From the NCBI GenBank assembly GCA_016432345.1, contig CP066685.1, positions 432,236-496,235 of the forward strand: DNA of 64,000 nucleotides, read 5' to 3'. Shown one piece after another: positions 36,979-45,367 of the stretch. Position 1 is the first letter of the stretch. Every line of letters starts with the position of its first letter. The stretch comes from Candidatus Levyibacteriota bacterium. GTDB lineage: Bacteria; Patescibacteriota; Microgenomatia; Levybacterales; UBA12049. The notes beneath the pieces are model-generated. The model worked only from the letters and a program-made list of their open reading frames with translations, was not told the origin of the DNA and ran no database searches. A program made the position numbers and the translations under genes.

Positions 36979-37332
36979 ATGTCTGGCGCAATACAAAAAC
37001 AAGGTTTAAGCAGAAACGTTATTAGATTTTTAGCCCTTTCCCCAATTATTTTGCTGATCCTCGGGGATGCTCTTCTTTTCCAACAAAATTCAGATTGGCG
37101 GACATTTCCGATTTTAATCTTTTATATATTCCTTATAATTCGTTATAAAATTGCTGCGAATACAACGTTTCTTATTTGTTTGGCGCTTTTCTTATTTATG
37201 TATATTCATTATATTTTTTCCGATCCTAAAGTATTTGCGACTCGATATCCTCTTGCTCCTTTTGGAGAAAAAATGGCTGAGTGGCTTTATCTTTTTTTGG
37301 TAATTGGCGTTATACAAAAATGGCAAGAATAA
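36979..37332 (+). CDS. Small four-helix membrane protein, family member A (unknown function)
   Basis: 117 aa with four hydrophobic segments. Its C-terminal tail EKMAEWLYLFLVIGVIQKWQE is homologous to the tails of 40987 and 41301. The last 13 nt overlap the ATG of the next giant gene. A TTGCAC-N17-TATAAT promoter ends 8 nt upstream. Confidence 0.7.
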   Translation: MSGAIQKQGLSRNVIRFLALSPIILLILGDALLFQQNSDWRTFPILIFYIFLIIRYKIAANTTFLICLALFLFMYIHYIFSDPKVFATRYPLAPFGEKMAEWLYLFLVIGVIQKWQE

Positions 37333-40300
37333 AATTTAGCTTCATTTTTCCGTTATTATTTTCTATTGCCTTCTTTGTAATTCCTTTTTTCTGGTTTGCC
37401 CCCGGAGAAATGGATTTGGGCGGCGATGCAAGTCGCCTTTATTTTTATGACCCAATACATTATCTAAGCCAGTCGCTTTACAGTATCTCTTATGGCGCAT
37501 TTGGAATTGAAAATGCATCGTACTATGCGTCAATTCCTTTATTCCTTTTGCTTATTTTATTAAAATTCATTTTACGATCACCAACATTACTGATCGAAGT
37601 ATTTCATGGATTAAGCTTAAGCGTCGCTTTTCTTGCGTGTTATTTTATTATCAAGGATTTGTTGCATCAAGAAGGAGATAAAGGCAGGTTTGGTAGAAAT
37701 ATTATTGAGGCGTCAGCTATTTTAGCAGGAGTGTTTTATAATCTTTCCCCTGTGCCGATTCTAAACTGGGATCATATTCTCCTAATAGGTAACGTGGTCT
37801 TTCTGAATCCGCTGATATTTTTTTTGCTCCTGCGGTTTTTCCTTTTCCGGAATATGAATTATATGCTCGGTGCGCTTTTGTTAAGTTTTATTTTCGCGTC
37901 TAACTTTTCCCTTGCCGGCGCGCCTCCATTTTTTTCATTCTATCCTATTGTTGTTTTATTTCTCATTTTGTATACAAAATTTGTAGTAAAAAAGCCAATT
38001 CCTGTCAAAAAAATTATAGTTTCGGCTATACTTTTTTTTCTTATCCACGCATTTCAGTTAGGCCCGCAAATTATAGGTTTACTAACGCCTGGAAATGTGA
38101 TAAATACGACTGTATTTTCCGAAGCATCAATACAAGAAAGGGGACTTAGCTACTTTACGGCCGTTGCTCCAAGCATTAAAACAAGTCTTAACTTGTTGGC
38201 TCTTCCGCAACAGCAGGCCAAGCTTGATTGGTACGCCTTCTTTTTTATCTTATTTCCGCTGCTTTTGGTTTTAGGATTTATTTGGAACAAGAAAAAAGGA
38301 TATCTTCTTTCGGGCATTTTTTTTCTTATTGTATTATTTTTTGCCTCGGCCAACATTACGAAAGTTGGATTTACTCTGTATATAGCTTTATTTCAGATTC
38401 CCGGTTTTTCCATGTTTCGTAATTTTTACGGTCAGTGGTTTCGGTCGTACGACTTTTTCTATATGCTTCTGTTTGGTCAAGCAATGGCTATAGTTTTATC
38501 TAGCTTAGATAAAAAATTTTATCGATATCTTCTTGGTTCTCTTATTTTTATTCTCCTGTTGACTACCTCATGGCCCATGATCAATGGGGAACTTGTCAAC
38601 ACAAATCTTTGGCAAAGCAAAAATATAAAGTCGCACATAGAAATGGACCCACAATACGAAAAAGTTCTGGAGTTTATACGCACACTTCCTGTTGATGGAA
38701 GAGTGCTTACTTTGCCGATGACTAACTATGGATACCAAGTCCTTCAAGGAAAGAATGGGGGAGCTTATATGGGGCCTTCAACAATTACATATTTAACTCA
38801 AAAAAGTGAATTTACCGCTCCTGGTGATTTTGGAGCATTTGATAGTGTTTTTCTAAAAGCTGTGCGAGACAAACACTTTTCTGCTGTTAAGAATATGCTC
38901 GCGGTATTTAACGTAAAGTATATTTTTTACAATAGCGATCCGTATATTTATGGAGATAATTTCCCCGCATTTCCCTATGAGCACGTCCTCAAATATTTGC
39001 CACCAACCCAAGAGGAATATAAAGCGTTTATTAAAAATTTAGATGTTGAAGAGATTGCGGATTTTGGAGATAAATACCATATCTATAGTCTAAAAGATAC
39101 TGATTACCTTCCGCATATATATGCCGCGAAGGAAGCCTATTATGCAGATCAATTAGCAAAGGAAGCTTTATTGCCATTGTTTTTTGATCTGCCGGAGAAA
39201 CGAATAGCGCTTTATAACAAAAATATGGATTCTCAAAACATAGGTCGTTATGATAAGATTTTTCTTGAAGCGAAAATTAAAAGCCTCTATGCCGATGCCG
39301 CGAAGAAAAAAAATTATCAGCCAATAGATTATCCAGGCATTGCAGAAAGACTTTCCTCGCCACTGCGCTTTTTAACGGGTTTAAGTCAAGGATATAAATC
39401 TAACAAGATAGATGATGCATCAATAGATAATGCAACAAAGAAAGCAGAAAGTATAATAGATAATTTGAGAAACAAAGGTGAACAGTTATCAGTATTAGTA
39501 GATTCTGCGGTTATAACAAATCTAAACTACGAACCAGACGATCTCAATCAGATATTTAGTACGAATGCTCTTATTGACGGTTCTTGGAACTTAGAACTTT
39601 ATCACTATATAACAGAGATGCTAGATGTTATTGATAAGATAAAAAAACCGAATAACTCTCTTTATCCTCTATGGACAAATAAAGAAAGTATGAATTACAT
39701 ACTTAATGTAGACGAAATAAATTCGGATAGAATAACTGCTTCTTTGACAACAAAAACAGATCAGGATAAAATGTTTTTACACTTACTCGAGAATAAAATT
39801 TTTGATTATCTTCGAAAGCGGCTAGATTTTAATTTACCGGGAAATCTTGAGACGAACTATATTGTTGATGTCCCAGAAAATGGGATATATGAAGTATATA
39901 GATATAAAGACCCACTTGATGATCTTAAAGAAACTACACAATCTTTACTTAGCATAGATAGTAAAATACTTAGTGTCAATAAACTGCAGTCACAACAAAG
40001 TTGGCTGAGATTTAATGATTTCTATATAAACGCTGCAAAAGATTTAACCATTAAAAGTCCTTTGATAAGTAATAATCTTATGAAAGATGAGGTATGGCAA
40101 TCTCTCGACGGACATATAATAAATAATAATAACGCCACCTTTTTGCTTAATGATGTATTGGGTGATAATCAAGGGCTATTTCGTCAAATAGTCCCCTTTA
40201 GACCAAGTACGTATTATGTGATCTCCTTTGACTACAATACACTGGGGAAAAATTTTTGGATTCAATTTTATACACTTTCAGGAAAGGAGCGTAATCAAGC

Positions 40301-40994
40301 AAATTTAATTAAAAGTGAAAGTCTTAGATCGTATGATTGGAAGACATATCGATCGGTTATTCAATCTAGTGATGATCCCAATACAGCCTCTCTCATACAA
40401 ATTATGCTGAGAGACCAATGTTTATCAAATTGTCCAATGGATAAAGTGGAAATGAAAAATTTTGAAGTTGTTGAAGTTCCGCAACCAAGAATTGTTTTGA
40501 AAAAAAATAATGCAATTGACAGTCAAGAAAAGATATTGCCGCAAATTACCTTTACTAAAATTAATCCGACAAAATATCAAATAAAAATTAGGAATGCAGC
40601 AGATCCTTATACCTTAGTTTTCCAAGGAGCTTATAACAAAGACTGGAAATTATTTCGAGAAAGCGGAGAAATGAGTGAAGATGAGAATGCTTCTTACACA
40701 AGTTACTTTAACGGGGAGATAAAAGAGGGAAATCATACCAGTATATTCTTAAGTCCTCAAACTTTTGACACATGGGGAAAACAAACAGTTGCCGATAAAA
40801 AACACTTTTTGGTAAATGGATATGCAAATGGATGGAATATAGATCCAAATGATATGGATGGAAAAACAGACTATGCGTTAATTCTTGAATTTAACACGCA
40901 AAGAATATTTTATGGATTTCTTTTGATTTCCGTAATAACTTTTATCGGATGCATAATTTTATTATGCTATAATAGCTACAAAAAAAATGTTTAG
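37320..40994 (+). CDS. Giant-family GT-C-like polytopic membrane protein, long form (paralog 3)
   Basis: 1224 aa from the ATG at 37320 (MARIKFSF). It has PFFWFAPGEMDLGGDASRLYFYDP and all family blocks. It carries an extra ~430-470 aa between the YLPH block and the INPTKY block, including a YYVISFDYNTLGKNF beta-rich module. Confidence 0.7.
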   Translation: MARIKFSFIFPLLFSIAFFVIPFFWFAPGEMDLGGDASRLYFYDPIHYLSQSLYSISYGAFGIENASYYASIPLFLLLILLKFILRSPTLLIEVFHGLSLSVAFLACYFIIKDLLHQEGDKGRFGRNIIEASAILAGVFYNLSPVPILNWDHILLIGNVVFLNPLIFFLLLRFFLFRNMNYMLGALLLSFIFASNFSLAGAPPFFSFYPIVVLFLILYTKFVVKKPIPVKKIIVSAILFFLIHAFQLGPQIIGLLTPGNVINTTVFSEASIQERGLSYFTAVAPSIKTSLNLLALPQQQAKLDWYAFFFILFPLLLVLGFIWNKKKGYLLSGIFFLIVLFFASANITKVGFTLYIALFQIPGFSMFRNFYGQWFRSYDFFYMLLFGQAMAIVLSSLDKKFYRYLLGSLIFILLLTTSWPMINGELVNTNLWQSKNIKSHIEMDPQYEKVLEFIRTLPVDGRVLTLPMTNYGYQVLQGKNGGAYMGPSTITYLTQKSEFTAPGDFGAFDSVFLKAVRDKHFSAVKNMLAVFNVKYIFYNSDPYIYGDNFPAFPYEHVLKYLPPTQEEYKAFIKNLDVEEIADFGDKYHIYSLKDTDYLPHIYAAKEAYYADQLAKEALLPLFFDLPEKRIALYNKNMDSQNIGRYDKIFLEAKIKSLYADAAKKKNYQPIDYPGIAERLSSPLRFLTGLSQGYKSNKIDDASIDNATKKAESIIDNLRNKGEQLSVLVDSAVITNLNYEPDDLNQIFSTNALIDGSWNLELYHYITEMLDVIDKIKKPNNSLYPLWTNKESMNYILNVDEINSDRITASLTTKTDQDKMFLHLLENKIFDYLRKRLDFNLPGNLETNYIVDVPENGIYEVYRYKDPLDDLKETTQSLLSIDSKILSVNKLQSQQSWLRFNDFYINAAKDLTIKSPLISNNLMKDEVWQSLDGHIINNNNATFLLNDVLGDNQGLFRQIVPFRPSTYYVISFDYNTLGKNFWIQFYTLSGKERNQANLIKSESLRSYDWKTYRSVIQSSDDPNTASLIQIMLRDQCLSNCPMDKVEMKNFEVVEVPQPRIVLKKNNAIDSQEKILPQITFTKINPTKYQIKIRNAADPYTLVFQGAYNKDWKLFRESGEMSEDENASYTSYFNGEIKEGNHTSIFLSPQTFDTWGKQTVADKKHFLVNGYANGWNIDPNDMDGKTDYALILEFNTQRIFYGFLLISVITFIGCIILLCYNSYKKNV

Positions 40995-41304
40995 TTTAAA
41001 AAAACTTAGGGCTTTTAGATTTCTTTTAATATCAATATTTTTAATTGGAGTAATAATAGATATATTTTCAAAAGCAAATTCTGATATAAGCTTATTGTTG
41101 CTTTGCGCATTGTGGATTTTAGCTATAAAGCTTTTTAAGCTTAAAAGCGCTATGACATTTAAAGTTACCTTTGTCTTTCTTGCAACCCTTTTTTTCTTAT
41201 TTTTAATAAGTCCGGATCAGAAATCTATAGAACGAGTTGCCACATGGATATTCCTCTTTTTAGTATTGGGAATAGTCCAGCAGTTTAGAGAGGTTGCTTC
41301 GTGA
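40987..41304 (+). CDS. Small four-helix membrane protein, family member B (unknown function)
   Basis: 105 aa with tail IERVATWIFLFLVLGIVQQFREVAS. Its ATG overlaps the stop of 37320-40994 by 8 nt (ATGTTTAG). Confidence 0.65.
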   Translation: MFSLKKLRAFRFLLISIFLIGVIIDIFSKANSDISLLLLCALWILAIKLFKLKSAMTFKVTFVFLATLFFLFLISPDQKSIERVATWIFLFLVLGIVQQFREVAS

Positions 41305-41645
41305 AATTCCGATTCATAATGTCTAAGAATAATGAAAAAATTATAACCCTCTTAAAGGAAAACAAAAAAACAGTTTTAGCTATTTTTACCGTCTTTATAG
41401 TTGTGGAAAGTCAATCAAAAAGATTAAGCTCGGACTTTGTGATTTTTAGCGCATTGTTGCTTTATGGAATTTTTATAAAAATATTTCAAATTAAGAGTAC
41501 ATCTACTTTTTTGTTATGCCTCTTATTATTAGTTGAAATGTCTATTGATTATCTTCTTACCGGCGCCTCAATTTCAACAGAAAAAGCAGCAGTTTGGCTC
41601 ATTTTGTTTTTGGGAGTTGGAGTTATTCAACAATGGAGAGAATAA
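41301..41645 (+). CDS. Small four-helix membrane protein, family member C (unknown function)
   Basis: 114 aa from the GTG at 41301 (GTGA overlap), or 108 aa from the ATG at 41319. The tail is TEKAAVWLILFLGVGVIQQWRE. The last 13 nt overlap the ATG of the next giant gene. Confidence 0.65.
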   Translation: MKFRFIMSKNNEKIITLLKENKKTVLAIFTVFIVVESQSKRLSSDFVIFSALLLYGIFIKIFQIKSTSTFLLCLLLLVEMSIDYLLTGASISTEKAAVWLILFLGVGVIQQWRE

Positions 41646-44600
41646 AATTACTACAACACAAGATACTCCCTTTCATAATTGCAATTATCCTTTTTATGAT
41701 TCCTTTTTTCTGGTTTAAACCTGGGGAAATGGATTTGGGCGGCGATTCAAGTAGACTTTATTTTTATGATCCCGTATCATATTTTTTCACTAGCACGCTG
41801 TATACGATATCTCCTGGAAGCGTTGGGGGTCCAAATCTCAATTATGCTAATATCCCGTTTATCTTTTTGCTTATAGTCCTAAAGTATATTTTCACTTCTC
41901 CGACAATTCTCGTTTCAGGATTTTACGGTATTAACCTAAGTTTAGGTTTTATTTTTTGCTATCTAACAATAATGAAGTTAACAGAATCAAAAAACTCTTA
42001 TGCCGCAATTGCCGGTGGTTTAGTATATGTGTTCTTTCCTACATTTATTGACACATGGAGGTATGGTCTTTTAAGTTTCAATCAGATATTTCTAAATCCA
42101 TTAATGTTTTATCTGCTTTTAAGCTATTTCAAATCTACCAAGATTTACTTGCTATTTTGTGCAGTTTTATTGACTTTTATCTTTTCTCCCAATTTTAGCG
42201 CTCTTGCTGCGCCAAGCATAGTGGCATTTTATCCCATAAGTATTTTATTTCTTTTACTATATACAAAATTAATCATTAAAAGAAAAATAGCAGTAAGGCA
42301 TATTATGCTGGCTTTGTTTCTTTTCTTGGGAATACAAGCATTCCATTTAATGATTATGATAAATAGTATATTCTCATTTGGAAATACGCTTAATACGACA
42401 ATTTTTTCTGACGCGGGAAAATATGATCGGGGCTTAAGCTATTTTTTATCAATCGCTCCCAACATTAAAGCAAGTATTAATCTCTTGGCTCTTCCCCAAA
42501 TGAGCATTTTAGAACCCTTTTCAAATATGTTTATAGTTTTCCCTTTCATAATAATTATTTCCCTTTTATTTAACAAACAAAAAACGATTCTTCTAACGAC
42601 ATTTTTCTTTCTTATAGTCTTATTTTTTGCCACAGCAAATATAACGGACACATGGTTGTTTATTTATAAATGGCTTTTTAATATTCCCGGATTTTCCATG
42701 TTTAGGAATTTTTTTGGTCAGTGGATGTACACATACATGTTTTTTTACTCCATTCTTTTTGGCCAGGCATTTTATATAGTATTGCATACGTTATATTATT
42801 CTAAAATCAGACTTAAAAAGTTGCTAACATTTTTGTTCATAAGTGTACCTATTCTTATTCTAATTATTAATGCAATACCTCTTATAAAAGGAGATATTAT
42901 ACGGAAGGCTATTTGGCAATCAAATAATGTTGAAGGAGTTTTGCAGATCGGTCCAGACTATGAACAAGCGCTTTCCTTTATGCGTTCTCTTCCAGCTGAA
43001 GGACGAGTTTTGACTTTACCTCTTACCGATTTCGGCTGGCAAATTATTGCAGGTGTTAATGGAGGAGCTTATATGGGACCTTCAACAATCTCGTATCTCG
43101 CAGGTAAAAAGGATTTTTCCGGCTATAATGAACTGCTTGGGTATGAAGATGTAATGCTTGATCTGATAAAAAGCGGGGAAATTGAGACCTTCAAAAGAAT
43201 ACTTGGAGTAATAAATATAAAATATGTATTTTACAATGCAGACACTATCGTATACGATCAATTTCCTACTTTTCCTTATAGACATCCTAGCTGGTTGCCC
43301 AAAAACCAGCACGAGTATAAGGAATTTATTGATAGCCTCAACCTCCATGAGATAAAAAATATCAACAACAAATTTTTTGTTTACGAAATACCAAACGATT
43401 ATTATTTGCCGCAAGTGAGTGTGGCAAAAAAATCGATCAATTTTAATAAGCCAATAACAGAGATACTAACGCCCCTCTCTTTAGATAAAAAAAATAATAG
43501 AATTGCCCTATTTAACTATAATGGTAACGCATTAAACCCTCAGATTAAATTTGATGAAGTTTTGATAGATGTTGCTGACAAGAGCTCTCTTTCTAATTTA
43601 ATTATAAGTACAAATAAATCTAAATTTGGGTTTCCATTTGCATCATGGAAAGTGACCTCACCGATATATCCCTATATTGTTTTACGTGAAAAAAAAGAGT
43701 TAGCTAGCTATAAAGATATGAATCAAACACATATTGATAGAAGATTATTTTTGGCGCAAAAACGCCTTGCCGAGTTAGAAAAATGGGGAAAAGAGATTTC
43801 CGTGCTGGGAAACATAAAAAATATAGATGATCTCACTACCTCATGGCGAGAACCTAATATATGGGAGGCAATAATTTTAAGAAAATATAATTTTTGGGAA
43901 ATAAGCCTCGTAAGATACAAAAAGGCAATAGATGACCTAATTGATAAAATTGAGAAAGTTAGTGAATCAGACAGTTATTTTATCTTTAATAATAAAGATA
44001 GGGTGAGAAGAGCAGTAAGGAGTCATACAGAACTACTTTATCGAATCATTAACAACGCTCAATATTTGTCAGAAAATCAAAAAATATATCTACTTACATT
44101 AGTTATAAATATGTCTGATTCTATTGCAAATCGTCTACAATTCAAAATGCCATCACTAGAAAATGTTATGTATAATTTTGAGTTAGACGCAGGTAACTAT
44201 GAAATGTTAATCGATAATAAATTTATGCAATATGATAATCAATCAAAGATACATGCTATTATTAACGATAAAGAACTATCTTTTGATTATTTTAAACCAG
44301 AGGAGGATTGGCTTAAAGCACAAAATATATCTATAAAAGAAAAAGCTCAAAATACTCTTAAGCTTTTTTTGCCAGAGGCAAGGGATCTTATTTCCGAGAC
44401 TAAATGGGAACTTGTTGAGAAAGGGAATTTCGCGACAAATTCTGCAACCCTACTAATAGATGATTCTTCTGCTGAAAAATTTGGTTTAATTAGACAGATA
44501 GCAAATTGGGATAAAGAGGCATATTATGTTGTATCGTTTGATTATATAACCTATGGGAAAAGTTTTAAATTTTTACTCTTTGATAAAAAAGGAGAAGAAA

Positions 44601-45367
44601 ATCAAAGCATACTTGCAGATGATCTAAGGTCTAATGAATGGAAAAAGTATGAATCAGTTGTTGCTTTAAGCAGTGAAGCGAATTCAGCATTTATACAAAT
44701 AATAAGACAGCAAGGTGGCAGTATTCCTGATAAAACCGAGCTGCAAGACCAACCCACAAAAATTGATATAAAAAACCTATCGATAATTCAAGTTCCAAAT
44801 CCCAAAATAATTTTTAGAAAAGTAAATAATACCCCCACAACTCAACCCTCAATTACGTTTAGAAGGATAAATCCGGCAAAGTATGAAGTAAAAGTTCACA
44901 ATGCAACTTCACCTTACACGTTGGTTTTAGTTAACCAATTTAATAAAGAATGGAAATTAGTAGATCCAACTCAAGAAACAGATACTATACAAGCCTTTCT
45001 TTCAAGAAGTGCAGCAGCTGTAGCAAAGACTGTTGTAGGTATTTTTGAAAAGGAAAATATACGAAACGATAATTTTGTATTGTCTTATTTTAATGGTGAT
45101 ATCAAGGAGATTGTCAGCAAGGATATATTTTTTAATAAAGGAACATTTGATACATGGGGAAAGAAAGAAATTGCCGAGTTCAAGCATTTTCCTGTAAATG
45201 GTTTGGCAAATGCTTGGTACATAGAACCTTCTGATATGGGAAATAAAACAGATTATAATCTTATTATCGAAATGAGCAGTCAAAAACTTTTGTATGCCGG
45301 TTTGCTTATATCTATCTCCACGACTATTTTTACACTCCTTTTGTTTGCTAAATTTTTAAAAAAGTGA
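41633..45367 (+). CDS. Giant-family GT-C-like polytopic membrane protein, long form (paralog 4)
   Basis: 1244 aa from the ATG at 41633 (MERIKLL). It has PFFWFKPGEMDLGGDSSRLYFYDP and all family blocks, plus a long insertion homologous to that of paralog 3 (YYVVSFDYITYGKSF). Confidence 0.7.
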   Translation: MERIKLLQHKILPFIIAIILFMIPFFWFKPGEMDLGGDSSRLYFYDPVSYFFTSTLYTISPGSVGGPNLNYANIPFIFLLIVLKYIFTSPTILVSGFYGINLSLGFIFCYLTIMKLTESKNSYAAIAGGLVYVFFPTFIDTWRYGLLSFNQIFLNPLMFYLLLSYFKSTKIYLLFCAVLLTFIFSPNFSALAAPSIVAFYPISILFLLLYTKLIIKRKIAVRHIMLALFLFLGIQAFHLMIMINSIFSFGNTLNTTIFSDAGKYDRGLSYFLSIAPNIKASINLLALPQMSILEPFSNMFIVFPFIIIISLLFNKQKTILLTTFFFLIVLFFATANITDTWLFIYKWLFNIPGFSMFRNFFGQWMYTYMFFYSILFGQAFYIVLHTLYYSKIRLKKLLTFLFISVPILILIINAIPLIKGDIIRKAIWQSNNVEGVLQIGPDYEQALSFMRSLPAEGRVLTLPLTDFGWQIIAGVNGGAYMGPSTISYLAGKKDFSGYNELLGYEDVMLDLIKSGEIETFKRILGVINIKYVFYNADTIVYDQFPTFPYRHPSWLPKNQHEYKEFIDSLNLHEIKNINNKFFVYEIPNDYYLPQVSVAKKSINFNKPITEILTPLSLDKKNNRIALFNYNGNALNPQIKFDEVLIDVADKSSLSNLIISTNKSKFGFPFASWKVTSPIYPYIVLREKKELASYKDMNQTHIDRRLFLAQKRLAELEKWGKEISVLGNIKNIDDLTTSWREPNIWEAIILRKYNFWEISLVRYKKAIDDLIDKIEKVSESDSYFIFNNKDRVRRAVRSHTELLYRIINNAQYLSENQKIYLLTLVINMSDSIANRLQFKMPSLENVMYNFELDAGNYEMLIDNKFMQYDNQSKIHAIINDKELSFDYFKPEEDWLKAQNISIKEKAQNTLKLFLPEARDLISETKWELVEKGNFATNSATLLIDDSSAEKFGLIRQIANWDKEAYYVVSFDYITYGKSFKFLLFDKKGEENQSILADDLRSNEWKKYESVVALSSEANSAFIQIIRQQGGSIPDKTELQDQPTKIDIKNLSIIQVPNPKIIFRKVNNTPTTQPSITFRRINPAKYEVKVHNATSPYTLVLVNQFNKEWKLVDPTQETDTIQAFLSRSAAAVAKTVVGIFEKENIRNDNFVLSYFNGDIKEIVSKDIFFNKGTFDTWGKKEIAEFKHFPVNGLANAWYIEPSDMGNKTDYNLIIEMSSQKLLYAGLLISISTTIFTLLLFAKFLKK

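Noticed and set aside
37281-37319. Longer N-terminal extensions of the two long giant genes (ORF-track starts 37281 and 41594)
   Set aside because: The extensions (MALSFFGNWRYTK and MAHFVFGSWSYST) are just the alternative reading of the conserved tails of the small membrane proteins. The ATGs at 37320 and 41633 give N-termini (MARIKFSF, MERIKLL) collinear with paralog 1 (MRRINFSF).
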